64,000 nucleotides of DNA. It comes from Centroscyllium fabricii. Its lineage: Eukaryota. Shown here piece after piece: positions 19,171 to 38,545 of this stretch. Under the pieces are notes generated by a model. It saw only the letters and a list, made by a program, of their open reading frames with translations. It was not told where the DNA came from and made no database searches. Position 1 is the stretch's first letter; each line of letters opens with the position of its first letter. The position numbers and the translations under genes are program-made. The stretch lies in assembly GCA_051313645.2 (NCBI GenBank), contig JBNRSN020000023.1:4154001-4218000 (forward strand), in the 5' to 3' direction.

Positions 19171-19727
19171 TTTTTTTTTTTACTTTCAACTCTTTTATTT
19201 AAAACAACAACTTTACACAAAACAACATTTACAGAGCTCAGGTCACAGCTCCCGGCAAAGTCACAAGCCCTCATGCCTGCAAGGCAGGAGTCAAAGTCAC
19301 AAGCCCTCATGCCTACAAGGCAGGGGTCAAAGTCGCAAGCCCTCATGCCTGCAATGCAGGAGTCAAAGTCACAAGCCCTCATGCCTGCAAGGCAGGAGTC
19401 AAAGTCACAAGCCCTCATGCCTGCAAGGCAGGAGTCAAAGTCACAAGCCCTCATGCCTGCAAGGCAGTGGTCAAAGTCACAAGCCCTCATGCCTGCAAGG
19501 CAGGAGTCAAAGTCACAAGCCCTCATGCCTACAAGGCAGGGGTCAAAGTCGCAAGCCCTCATGCCTGCAAGGCAGGAGTCAAAGTCACAAGCCCTCATGC
19601 CTACAAGGCAGTGGTCAAAGTCACAAGCCCTAATGCCTACAGGGCAGGACTCCCAGTCTTTCCAAGCTTCCTGGTCTTCTTCGCCCGTTCATCTGGACAG
19701 CGGGTCTCCAGGAATTCACACAGATGA
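19171..19727 (-). pseudogene. Processed ferritin pseudogene, inverted copy with poly(A) tail
   Basis: On minus: tcat|ctgtgtgaattcctggag (exon 3/4 junction), degenerate exon 4, VNTR, AATAAA (19199-19194), then A11 (19181-19171). Confidence 0.8.
19256..19649. repeat. 36-bp minisatellite, ~11 units
   Basis: Unit TCACAAGCCCTCATGCCTGCAAGGCAGGAGTCAAAG; ~3 units at 11330-11435 and 2 at 27342-27412. Confidence 0.95.
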
Positions 19728-19759
19728 AATTTGAGCAAAGTTAAAGAATCAAACCGCAA

Positions 19760-20035
19760 TGACATCATAGAATAATCATCCAAACCTCTGTATTCCAAAG
19801 CTCTGATTGGCTCTGGGTTTCTCAAACCCCTCCCCCTCTCCTCTGTTGATTGGTGCCTGGATTCATGGAAGATCCTGACTGGTTATTGGGGATTGTCAAT
19901 CATCATTGGTCATACCAGACCCTGTTGAAATGTAGGCTGTCCCACTAGTATAAATACAGGAGCTTGTGAGGGTAGAGGTTAGGTTGTTGTTACAGTGGAG
20001 TTTGAATTTAGTGCTTATTAACAGGGAAAGGTAAA
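19760..20035 (+). promoter_or_regulatory. Ferritin g3 promoter and 5'UTR
   Basis: TGACATCA 19760-19767, ATTGG boxes, TATAAAT 19949-19955. Confidence 0.8.
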
Positions 20036-23189
<3,154 letters not shown>

Positions 23190-23909
23190 TGGGGATTCTT
23201 GAACCATTGGTTCTATACATGGTGGAAATGAAGTGACCAACTTCTAATGGTGAATGCTTTGGTTGTGGTTATTTCCCAGTTTTCTCATCTAACTGTCACA
23301 GTACATGGAAATAAAAGTTATTCATCATTGAACTGGTTTGTCTTTGTTGTATAATTAAGTAGCTGATCTGATTATTGAGATCTGTGTGCAATACACAGCT
23401 GTGTAATATGATTAAGCTGACACTTGTATGCCTAACCCTATAGAAGTCCCTCAACTCCCTCCCAGTTCCGCTTCCTGAATGTGATCCTGTGCCTGCCCAG
23501 GATGCAGTGACCACATTTTGATCACTTGAGGCTTAAAGGTTTTTTGGAAACTAAACTTGCTGACAATTTCAAGTGGGAGTGAATTTCTGGTTGGGGAGAA
23601 AAGGTTTCCTTTTCAGAGCATTTGCCAGCAATGTCACAGTTGTGGAGCTTTTAAAACAAAGGAGTTGGGTGGTTGAATTAATACCTTCAGTATTGATTCT
23701 CTTCAGTCAGGGGAGTGAAGAATCTGCTGGGCCTTCTGCCTCACCCTCGTATCTCAGGCCATGGAAGGTGAAGGATGGACTCGGAGTCTTTGAATTAGAC
23801 GGATGGCACAAGTCACTCACTGGATTGTTGAAGCTTTGACATGTATACATTGTACAGCATTGACCACCTTGGAATCTCAATGTGGGCAGGGCTGTCTTTT
23901 GTTTAGCAT

Positions 23910-25070
23910 CAGTTATTACAGCACAGAAAGAGGCCTTCCGGCCTATTGTGTCTGCGCCGGCCATCAAGCCCTGACTATTCTAATCGCATTTTTCCAGCAC
24001 TTGGTTCATACCCTTGTATGCTATGGCATTTCAAGTGCACATCCAACTGCTTACTGAATGTTGGAGGGTTCTTGCCTTTAACACCCTTTCAGGTAGTGAG
24101 TTCTAGATTCCAACCGTCCTCTGGGTGAAAGTTCTACAAATCCTCTCAACCTCCTGCCCCTTACCTTGAAACTACACCCCGTCGTTATTGACCCCTCTAC
24201 TACGGGAAACATTTCCTTTCTATCTGCCCTTTCTATGCCGCTCATAATTTTGTACACCTCAATCAGCTTTTCCCTCAGCCTTCTCTGCTCCAAGGAAAAC
24301 AACCCCAGCCCGTCCAGTATTCATAGCTGAAGTGCTCAAGCCCAGCTAACATCCTGGTGAATCTCCTCTACACCCTCCAAAGAAATCACATCCTTCCTAT
24401 AGTGTGGCGACCAGAACTGCACACAGTACTCCAGCTGTGGCCTTACTAACCTTTTGTGCAGCTCCATCATAACCTCTGTGCTCTTATATTCTATTCCTCA
24501 GCTAATGAAGGCAAGTATCCCATATACCTTTTTAACCACCTTATCCACTTGTCCTGCCGCCTTCAGGGATCTATTTACATGCACACCAAGGTCCCTCTGA
24601 TCCTGTCTTTCCTAGGGTCTTACCATTCATTGTGTATTCCCTTGCCTTGTTTATCCTTCCAAAATGCATCACCCCACACTTTTCCGGGTTAAATTCCATT
24701 TGCCACTGTTCCGCCCATCTGACCAACCCATCTATATCGTCCTGCAGACTGAGGCTTCCCTCCTCACTATTTACCACCCCACCAATTTTCATGTCATCTG
24801 CGAACGTACTGATCATACCTTTTACATTCATATCCAGATCATTAATGCAGACTACAAACAGCAAGGGACCCAGCACCGATCCCTGCAGTACCCCACTGGA
24901 CACAGGCTTCCAGTCACAAAAACAACCTTTGACCATCACACTCTGCCTTCTGCCACTAAGCCAGTTTTGGATCCAATGTGCCCTGGATCCCATGGGCTCT
25001 TAACCTCTTGACCAGTCTCCTATGCGAGACTTTATCAAAAGCCTTACTAAAATCCATGTACACCACATCC
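23910..25070 (-). mobile_element. CR1-type LINE fragment (duplicate of 16195-17400)
   Basis: GVLQGSVLGPLLF, FADDMKIGG, MDFSKAFDKV. Confidence 0.85.
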
Positions 25071-25377
25071 TGCCAAGGGTGACAGTTACCAATGAGTGAA
25101 AACACCAGACTGTACAAAATTATTCTCCAACCTGCAGTATATACCACTTGGAGCTTGGGTAAAGAACTGGTCATAATAAAAATTATATTAAAGCAAAATA
25201 ATCCTGGACATCTTCACACAGCTTAGCAATTTAAATCGATCTCCTCAATTGCAGCATCACTAACTGTTCCAGGGATCCACCAGTTCATTGTAATCAAATA
25301 GTTGCTTTCCATTATCTTCAACACTTCACTTGGTGTTTTTCTAATTACCACAACTCGTTCAGAAACACTGCTCTTAA

Positions 25378-25974
25378 AGGCCCTGTCACACCTAGACGTT
25401 TTAGCCAGCGTATGCAAATTTGGCTAAAACGCTGAACTTTTGACCTTTTTTTTTCAGTTTTGGGCGTATAATAGCGTATTCATAACGTATTGGACGTATG
25501 CATAACGTATTAGTAACGTACACAGAGCGTATCAATAACTTAGATAACTTATACCAACGAATGCTTAGCGTTCACAACTTATGCCCAACGATAGTCTAAC
25601 GTATGCATAGCGCGCGGCAGCGTATCGCCGACGTTAGATAAATTGATAAATTGGAAAACGCTAGCTTAAATCGTCAAGGTGTGACAGGGCATGACAGGGG
25701 CAAGGTAATGTGTGTTCAACGATCACCTAACGTGCCTACAACGTATGGCCAGCGTATGCGGAACGTATAAATCGTAACATTGATACGTCGTGAATTTTTG
25801 TGTATGCACAAAAAATCTCGACTTACGACATTCAACGACGTATACAACGTATGTCCAGCGTATGGCAACGTGCTCTTAACGTATGCATAACGTACCCATA
25901 ACGTATCCGACGTAAACCAGCGTTTTAGCCAAATTTGCATACGCTGGCTAAATCGTCTAGGTGTGACAGGGCCT
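25378..25974. mobile_element. PIF/Harbinger-type MITE
   Basis: 57-bp TIRs starting AGGCCCTGTCACAC (1 mismatch); TAA TSD; empty site at the paralog ~17880; internal AACGTAT repeats. Confidence 0.85.
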
Positions 25975-27264
25975 TAACCGACAAATACTGTGGTAGTAGT
26001 TTTCCTGAAGATTCTACAAATTAAACATCCATTAAAGTTCTTCAAAAATTGTTCACCTAAAGGACATGAATTAACTCCATTTGAAAATACTGAGGTACAA
26101 GAGCTCATTAAATATTCTCTCAAGGGCTGAGCTAACAGACAGGGTGAGCTGCTATACACGGTTAGACTGACCACTAATAACATATTGGCTTGACTGGCAG
26201 GGGATGGGGGATACCGGCCTGAACAAGATTAGATACCATGGAATAGCAACAGGGCAGGCACATGGAATTAGGACTATTGTTGATGTGGAAGATAAACTCC
26301 AACACAAACTGGTTGGGTCAAACATCCTATTTCTGTACATTTTATGTAATTCACTCTTCTCTGTTCTGGAGGTTTTGTGGTCCTTCTGTTAAATGCCTAG
26401 TAGTTGGACCAGAGTTACAACAGGATAGGAACACAAACTGAAATACTGCAGATTCTGGAAATCTCAAACAGAAACAGAAAACGCTGGAGACACTCAGCAG
26501 GTCAGGCAGCATCGGTCGAGAAAACACGAGACTCTTGACCTTTCAGGTCTAAAACCGTTCCTCACAACAGACCCGGGGTTTGCAGGAGATGAGGAAACAG
26601 TGCAAACTAAACACTGGACTTTACAGCTCTTAAATTTCATGGGGATAAAACTCCACATCGCACTTTACAGTGACGGAGCAACAGATTCTGTCTGAAGCTC
26701 CCCACTGATCCACTTTCCATTTCCCCAACTCGTTGTGGGCTGGTTTGCAGATTCACTGCGGACTGTCTGGTGCAGGTCAGTCTCTTTCAATCTATTGTGG
26801 TCAACATTGTGAACCTTGGTATCACGGACTCATTCTGGACCCACCGGGATGCCCATCAATTCTCCTGAGACGGGTTAACTTGGAGCCGGTCGTGCTCGAC
26901 ACCATCTAGAGGGAGGAATTTCAATTCACAAAGTCATCGAGCTCTTTGAGATATTTTTTGAAGCTGTGATTCTATCAGCCAACTATCGCAAAAATCCTCC
27001 GTGCCATTTCACTCGGCATGGGCCGCTCCTGCATATGCTCTACTCCAACGCCCTCCTCTCCCGTCCGGACTGGCCCTGGAGATGGCGGGCTCTCTACGAG
27101 GGAGTCTTCCCCTGTTCCATTGGGGATCTGTCATGCAGACCGTTGCAGGGAGCAGTCCCTTCCAATATGTTTTCAAGTCGATTCATGGTTTCCCAGGCTG
27201 CCTGTAACTTTTGCAGTCTGGAGGAGTCCGTGTTTCATGTCCCTGTTAAAAGTGAGAGTTGGTA

Positions 27265-27480
27265 TTTTTACTTTCAACTCTCATTTAAAACAACAACTTT
27301 ACACAAAACAACATTTACAGAGCTCAAGTCACAGCTCCCGGCAAAGTCGCAAGCCCTCATGCCTGCAAGGCAGGGGTCAAAGTCACAAGCCCTCATGCCT
27401 GCAAGGCAGGGGTCCCAGTCACTCCAAGCTTACTGGTCTTCTTCACCTGTTCATCTGGACAGCGGGTCTCCAGGAATTCA
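27265..27480 (-). pseudogene. Third copy of the processed ferritin fragment
   Basis: tgaattcctggagacccgctgtccagatgaacaggtgaagaag on minus; 2 VNTR units; AATAAA mutated. Confidence 0.75.
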
Positions 27481-27989
27481 TAGAAACATATCAACACAAA
27501 CCTACTGGGTATGGAGATATTGCTAAAGATCAGTAAAAAGATTAAGCTTCCACCACAACTTCAATTCACCCAAAACATGGCCAGTGTCAGCCATGGCTTA
27601 CTGGTAGCACTGCCTCTGAACCAGAAGGACCTGGATTGTCCCATTTCAGAGAATGGAGAAAAAATCCAGGTGAACAAGTCATTGAGTGCAGCACGGTCAG
27701 AGGTGTTGTCTTTCAGATGGAAGGGTACACAAGGTCCACTCGGGTGGTGGAGGTTAAAGAACCCATGGTACGATTTCAAAGAGTGGAGTGTCCTGACCTA
27801 TATTTATCCTTAGCCAGCGTAAACAGATTATCTGGTCATCACATGTGTGTGGGTCCTTGCTGTGTGTAAATTGGCTCCCAGATCCATACCTTACAATAAT
27901 TTCTACACTACAAGGGGACTTCATTGGCTGTAAAGCACTTTAGGACAGAGGCCAGAAAGTTACTTTAAACAACATCATTAGAACCTTAC

Positions 27990-30279
27990 ATGAGGGTCAG
28001 TGTTCCCAGTGGAGAGTTTGTGCAGATCCAGCAGACTCTGGTTGACATTCTTTTCCATCTGCAGAGCTCTCTGCATCGCCGCCAGACCATTGCTCCACTC
28101 ATCCCACTCTGGTTTCTGAGTTGGAGAGATAGAAAGAAAGGCATCATCAGCAAAATTAGTCAGTGGATGAAATTAGTTAACAAGATGAATTTGTTCAGCA
28201 GCCAGTAAGATCACAAGTCTTGATGCTCTAATGCAGGGGACTCCTTCCCCAGATTTTAACCAGTCTGTTCATCCCAAGAGACATTTTGGTAAGGAGTTAT
28301 TGGACTTTAGTCACAGCAGTATGAGTTTTTAAGGTGGGCTCTCCTACAAAAGGATAGCATTCCAAAAGGAGGTCTATCTAGCATTAACTGCAGCAACACT
28401 TCCTTGCTTTTATGTTCCATGCCTTAGCATGAAGCCCACCATCCGATTAGCCTTTTGTATCTGCAAGTTAGCTTCTAATGACACCGGTACTTCGACATGC
28501 CCCAAATCCCTTCAGTCCATCCACATCAGAAGGACAGGAGGATCTCATTGAACTACATTTGCCCTCAGAATCCCCCATTTCATTCCATTCTACCCAATCT
28601 TTGCTCTTCCTGTACCCAATCTTTGCTCTTTAGCTCACTGTAGACCCGAGCTCAGCACAACACCATTTCCAATCTAGATCATGTGCACCAGTGGTCACCA
28701 TCCAGGGGTCTATTTTATACCAACTGCTTCCTGCACCACCCAGTTTTACTGGAGTCAGAAGTTTGCTTCTAATTTCATGCATTCCAATTTTAGCCAGCAA
28801 TCCCCTACCTTCTGAAAAGCTATGCATGCAACTATCATTAATTCTCCTCTAGGTACAACTTCCATCACTAGGATTGTTGCAGAACCTACTTTTCACAAAA
28901 CCAAGGCAATTGCTCAAAGTTTGCAGAATCTAACCTGGATGTTGTAGCGTGGTCGCTAACCTAATTAAAAGACGACTCGTAGTTAGTTAATACTAGGCTT
29001 TTAATTAATAAAGAATGGAGGTATCTCCTTGGCAGATTACATACAGGAATGAAAGGGGCTGGGTCAGACCACACCTTTATAGTGCTCCCACCTGGGGGGA
29101 GGAGTCACGGGTGTGGCTGACCTGGCTCCCAGTAACATCTTAGCACACAGGTATACAACAATGGTAACCCATATAAGGGTTACCCATATAAGGGTTACCA
29201 CAGATGTCCTCCAGGACAACATGCCCCCCACGTCGATTCTGGAATTTCATCAGTTTCTCCGCATGCTCCCATTCCTCGTGAGACTGCTCCTTGAAGAACT
29301 CGGTAAAGTGACACAGGGCAACGTCATCCCGGTCAAAGTAATAGGACTGTGGGTAGAGACAAAATGGAGTGGAGAAGGTCAGAGTTTGAACACATCCATG
29401 GCAAATTCAAAAATGGTAGTATCACAGATAAGTTAACTAGTCTCCACCTTATACCTTCCTTTCAAGTCAGGGGTTTACAGTTTAAATGAAAACAAAATGT
29501 TTTTCTTGCAAGTCAAATTCAATTTGGTCTTCAATATGTTGAAAGGCCCTCCTTGTGAAATAACTGACCAAGGCAGTATTGGAAGAGGAGATTGAGCAAT
29601 AATGCTTTTTGTCTTGAAAGTGTCACTTAAGCACTCAACCGGCACTGATCATTTACCGCCTTTTGTTCCCAGAAGTCTAAAAGCGGTGAAGGCAAAGAGC
29701 AAGATCCCAGAAATTCAGTTTAGTTTAAATTGTTTGTTAAGTGTAAGGATTCCAACTCAGGAAGACGCAAATAGAATGCTCAGTACTTCCCTCAATTAGA
29801 AAGGGGACAACAGGCCAGATCCAGCTAACTTTTCACTAATCACCCAATTAAAATTAATCATTTCAATCCAAGTTAGAAACATTGACTAGGTTTGCTTATT
29901 TTCATTATGAATCCTCTATTACAAAACATGAAACCCTGGAGTTAGTTTCAGATATAAACACTTTAGAATAGAACACATCTGTTACAGAGCAGGGAACAGT
30001 TGGTTAATGAGGACTTCTGGAAGATCAGAGTGTTAAGGTTATTCACTGGATTAAGACTGGGGAAGACTATAGAGACACAGAAGCCAATTAACTGACCTGG
30101 AGAAATTCTACCAGCTTAGAATTCAATGACACCACAGCCTTAACTTTGAAACAGGATCCCAAAAATACAAGACTCACCATGGAGAGATAAACATAGGAGG
30201 AATAGAGCTCCATGTTGATCTGCTTGTTGACAGCATCCTCACAGTCCTTGTGGTAGTTCTGACACACTTGGGAGACCAT
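27990..30279 (-). pseudogene. Ferritin copy g4, disrupted
   Basis: Exon 1 30279-30178; exon 2 29346-29203 plus 28942-28935, split by a solo LTR that gives an in-frame stop; exon 3 28115-27990. Intron 3 is truncated at ~27485 and no authentic exon 4 follows. Confidence 0.9.
28943..29202 (-). mobile_element. Solo LTR inserted in g4 exon 2
   Basis: TG..CA ends; 5-bp TSD GATGT (28938-28942 / 29203-29207). Confidence 0.88.
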
Positions 30280-30556
30280 CTTAACTCTTCCTGTTGATCA
30301 GCACTAAGCTCAAACTCCACTGTAGCAACAACCTAACCTCTGCCCTCACAAGCTCCTGTATTTATACTAGTGGGACAGCCTGCATTTCAACAGGGTCTGG
30401 TTTGACCAATGATGATTGACAATCCCTGAGAGCCAGTCAGGAATCTTCCATCAATCCAGGCACCAATTAACAAAGGAGAGGGGGAGGGGTTTGAGACACC
30501 AAGAGCCAATCAGAGCTTTGGAATACAGAGGTTTGGGTGATTATTCTGTGATGTCA
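30280..30556 (-). promoter_or_regulatory. Ferritin g4 promoter and 5'UTR
   Basis: TATAAAT 30366-30360; TGACATCA 30556-30549; CCAAT boxes. Confidence 0.75.
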
Positions 30557-33010
30557 TTGCTGTTGCTTTCTTTGACTTTCCTCAGACTGAATCTGAAAGT
30601 GTCTCTGTTCTCAGAATCAGAGCTTCACAACATATCTCAAAGAGTTCGATGAAATTCCACCCTATAGATGGGGTCGATCACAACCGGCTCTAATTACCCA
30701 TCTCTTGAAGAATTGATGGGCATCTCGGTGGGTCCAGAACGGGTCCGTGATACCAAGGTTCACAATGTTGACCACAATAGATTGAAAGAGACTGACCTGC
30801 ACCAGAGAGTCCACAGTGAATCTGCAAACCAGCCCACAACGAGTTGGGGAAATGGAAAGTGGATCAGTGGGGAGCTTCAGACAGAATCTGTTGCTCCGTC
30901 ACTGTAAAGTGCGATGTGGAGTTTTATCCCCATGAAATTTAAGAGCTGTAAAGTCCTGTGTTTAGTTTGCACTGTTTCCTCATCTCCTGCAAACCCCGGG
31001 TCTGTTGTGAGGAACGGTTTTAGACCTGAAAGGCCAAGTGTCTCGTGTTTTCTCGACCGATGCTGCCTGACCTGCTGAGTGTCTCCAGCGTTTTCTGTTT
31101 CTGTTTGAGATTTCGAGTATCTGCAGTATTTCGGTTTGTGTTCCTATCCTGTTGTAACTCTGGTCCAACTACCAGGCATTTAACAGAAGGACCACAAAAC
31201 CTCCAGAACAGAGAAGAGTGAATTACATAAATCGTACAATATAGAAATAGGATGTTTGGCCCAACTCCCTTCAGCAAATAGCAGTTGATGCTCAGTCAGT
31301 TGTTAATTTTAAATCTGAGATTGATAGATTTTTGTTAACCAAAGCAGTTAGGGGACGCGGCACAAAGGCGGGTACATGGAGTTAGGTCACAGATCAGCCA
31401 TGATCTCATTGAATGGAGGGACAGGCTCGAGGGGCTGAATGGCCTCCTGTTCCGAACCAGCTCATGTTTATTCTCTGCACAAGCACTAGTCCTAATCCCA
31501 CGAGGCTGCCCCGTTGCTATACCATGGCATCTAATCTTGTTTAGGTACATGATTGGAAAGAGGTTCAGTTGTAACTACGGTGGTGTTTGAACGTAGCTCC
31601 TACCAACAGTAAAACTGAAGATTGTCGCCCAAGTATGTCAGAACTACCATGTGTGTGCAAGACACGTGGCCCATCAATCAGCTGTACCATTCCAGAATGT
31701 TTAACGAGCTTTCATTCCCCTTGTGGTGTGGAGAACCAATGTATTTTCCAGTTTAGTTCCCACCAACAGTCCAAACAATATTTTATTTGTACGCAGCCTT
31801 AGCCTTTATAGCAGCTCACCATCGCTGCCAGCTCAGTCCGTGAGGGATTATTTAATGGGCTCGGGTGTCTCAGTATTTTGACTGCACTCATTCCCTTTGG
31901 GTGAACAATTCTTTGAACATTAATCAATGTTTAATTTGGGGCATCATCAGGAACACTCCGAATCACCCCACACTTTGTGGGTTAAGGGCAGCATTTGAAC
32001 AAATTGTGGCCGTCAACAATATACCAAGTGAATTAGTGAAAATAATCTAGTGTTACTATTTGATCAGAATTAACCAGTGGATCCCTACAACAGTGATACA
32101 GCAAGGGAGTTTGGGATGAAGGATCATTTATTTAAACAAATTTATATGCTAACTGTTTTATCTCCACTTTACCCAACACCAACAAACTCCAACTTGGACA
32201 AACTGCAGCTTGATGTAACGTTTTATATAGACTGGTGGTTGATTTAATCCCAGACATCAAGGTTGGCAGTTGGTGGGGGTAGAAAATAGAAAAGGATGTT
32301 GGGGTGTGGGGGTGGGGGGGGCAGTGAGGGGAAAGAGAATGTTATACAGATGTCAGCCTGCCCAAGTGGAAGTTTCCAATATGGCCAACTCTGTACTGTG
32401 TGCACATGTCACAAAGCTTCGGCAATCCAGTGAATGACTCGTGGCATCAGTCAAATGTAAAGACACCTCAATAGCAGGTCATCCCACCACCGTTCCGGAG
32501 AGGTAAACATTTGAAGCAGGACACCAGGCAGATACTCTCCATTTTCCTGACTGAAGAATCAATAGTTAAAGCATCAACTCAACACATTAACTCAACCCCC
32601 TCCACCCTTCCCCATTTCTTTGTTTTAAACCTCCACAGATTAATGACATTTTGCTGGCAGATGTTATAAAAATACCCAGCAGGGATGGTTACCGAGAGTT
32701 CAGAAAACCATTAGAAGCATCTCCAGTGATGGTTTTGAAGATGTGGGCACAGCCATCTTGGACAAAAGGAGGGACTACTGTATTTTTAAACTTTGATCAT
32801 ATATTACACAACTGTGTATTGTGCAGTATAATCTCAATAAGCAGCTCAGCTACTTAATTATACAACAAAGACAAACCACTCAATGATGAATAACTTTTAT
32901 TTCCATGTACTGTGACAGTTAGATGAGAAAACTGGGAAATAATCACAATCAAAGCATTCACCATTAAAAATTGGTCACTTTATTTCCACCATGTATAGAA
33001 CTAATGGTTC

Positions 33011-33042
33011 AAGAAGAAGAAGAAGAAGAAGAAGAAGAAGAA
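33011..33042. repeat. (AAG)10 microsatellite in g5 3'UTR
   Basis: Paralogous 3'UTRs carry only caagaatcccc. Confidence 0.95.
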
Positions 33043-33048
33043 TCCCCA

Positions 33049-36761
<3,713 letters not shown>

Positions 36762-37038
36762 CTTAACTCTTCCTGTTGATAAGCACAAAGTTCAAACTCC
36801 ACTGTAACAACAACCTAACCTCTACCCTCACAAGCTCCTGTATTTATACTAGTGGGACAGCCTGCATTTCAACAGGGTCTGGTATGACCAAAGATGATTG
36901 ACAATCGCTGAGAGCCAGTCAGGATCTTCCATGAATCCAGGCACCAATTAACAAAGGAGAGGGGGGTGGGGTTTGAGATACCCAGAGCCAATCAGAGCTT
37001 TGGAATACAGAGGTTTGGATGATTATTCTATGATGTCA
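36762..37038 (-). promoter_or_regulatory. Ferritin g5 promoter and 5'UTR
   Basis: TATAAAT 36848-36842; TGACATCA 37038-37031. Confidence 0.8.
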
Positions 37039-37050
37039 CTGCTGATAGTT

Positions 37051-37453
37051 AGAAACATAGAAACATAGAAACTAGGAACAGGAGTCGGCCTTTCGGCCCT
37101 TCGAGCCTGCTCCGCCATTCAATGGGATCATGGCTGATCATCGAAACCCAGTACCCCGCCCCTGCCCTCTCCCTATATCTCTCGATCCCTATCGAGCCTG
37201 CATCAACACATATCCCACCCTATCCCCGTAACCCCACATATTCAATCCCCCTAACACTAAGGGTCAATTTATCATGGCCAATCAACCTAACCCGCACATC
37301 TTTGGACTGTGGGAGGAAACCGGAGCACCCGGAGAAAACCCACACAGACACGGGGAGAATGTGCAAACTCCACACAGATAGTACCCGAGGTTGGATTTGA
37401 ACCCGGGTCTCCAGTGCTGTGAGACAACAGTGCTAACCACTGTGCCACCGTGC
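37051..37453 (-). mobile_element. HE1-like SINE
   Basis: Full head, core and (tatgtttc)n tail. Confidence 0.85.
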
Positions 37454-37475
37454 TTGAACTTTTCTCAAATTGATC

Positions 37476-38545
37476 TGTTGACTCTTGCTCTTTTTGGTTG
37501 TGTAGGTTTCTGAAAAGTCCCACACCCCTCGCAGTTATTAAATTGATAAAAACTGTACGGAAATAAAGAGCTTCCAGCATAAGGAAGGCTGCAAGTTTAA
37601 AACAGACAAACAGGCCTTTGGCCAAGGTCAAAGGGCATGGAACACTCACCTGAAAGACAAGAAGCTGGTCCCGCATAGCAGACAGACAGCGGGATGGTAA
37701 TACACATCTCTGAGTAGACAGGAGCTGGAGATGAATGGAAGTTGTTAACTGGATAACGATTAGAGGCGGTTAAGTTGGCCATTAAGGCAGGAACTAGAAA
37801 ACTTGAATGTTTTGCATAACTGGAACATTTAACTTGGGAACAATTGAACGTCGTTACTGGATGGTTAGCACCTCCCAGAACAAAGGCACCCTAAATGCCA
37901 GGGCCATCAAGGGAGGGGACCAACATCCCGAAACGCGTTAGCATTAATGGCCATGATTGTTCCCAAAAGCCCACCGAAACTAGGACAATGGACTGGCCTA
38001 GATATGGTGGGAGATAAGGGACACAGAGTTTTGTATAACTGTCAGGTCCCAAAAGCCAGCAGCAGCCGACAGCCACACAAGGGAACCAGACGGAAGAAGA
38101 GGAGACCCACAGGAGACACACACAGAAGATCGAAGGACAAACAGGAACGGAGCGGAGAGGCCACGAGGAGTTGGTGAAGCATCTGGGCAGGAGGACAAGC
38201 AGTGTCGATGACCAACAGATCTGAGGGACGAAACCCGAAGTCCAGCCTCTACAAACTCACAACTGCAGTACCAGCAATTTGGCTTGGTGAGCATAAATCC
38301 CGAGTTCCCATAGTGAAATCTAGTCAGGTAATAGGGGTGGGACCAGGTATAAGGGGAGTAAATTGTAATTGTGAACTTTCCCCTCGATGTGCCATATATT
38401 TCCCCCATTCCCAGTTACTGTATTCTGTTTTATAAACTTAGTCCGGTAAGCAATTTCTATATGATTTTCTCTCTGTTATAAAGTTTCCTGGTGATTTGTA
38501 ATAAAGCAGTTTTCTTGCACCCAGCCTGTTGTCCATCTCGTTCTA
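37476..38545 (+). mobile_element. Putative long LTR-like insertion
   Basis: Starts TG where the conserved upstream sequence stops; unique in the window; AATAAA ~38500; no TSD found. Confidence 0.35.

Noticed and set aside
18878-19633. 251-aa ORF with SHKPSCLQGRSQ repeats
   Set aside because: Chance fusion of a Tx1 relic with a 36-bp VNTR whose length is a multiple of three; paralogs differ in frame.
19256-19649. CRISPR-like 36-bp palindromic repeats
   Set aside because: Units are head-to-tail with no spacers, no cas genes, and the context is vertebrate.
27420-27480. Possible true exon 4 of g4
   Set aside because: It is the degenerate retrocopy sequence (matches 19650-19720), lacks an AG acceptor and carries the retrocopy deletion.
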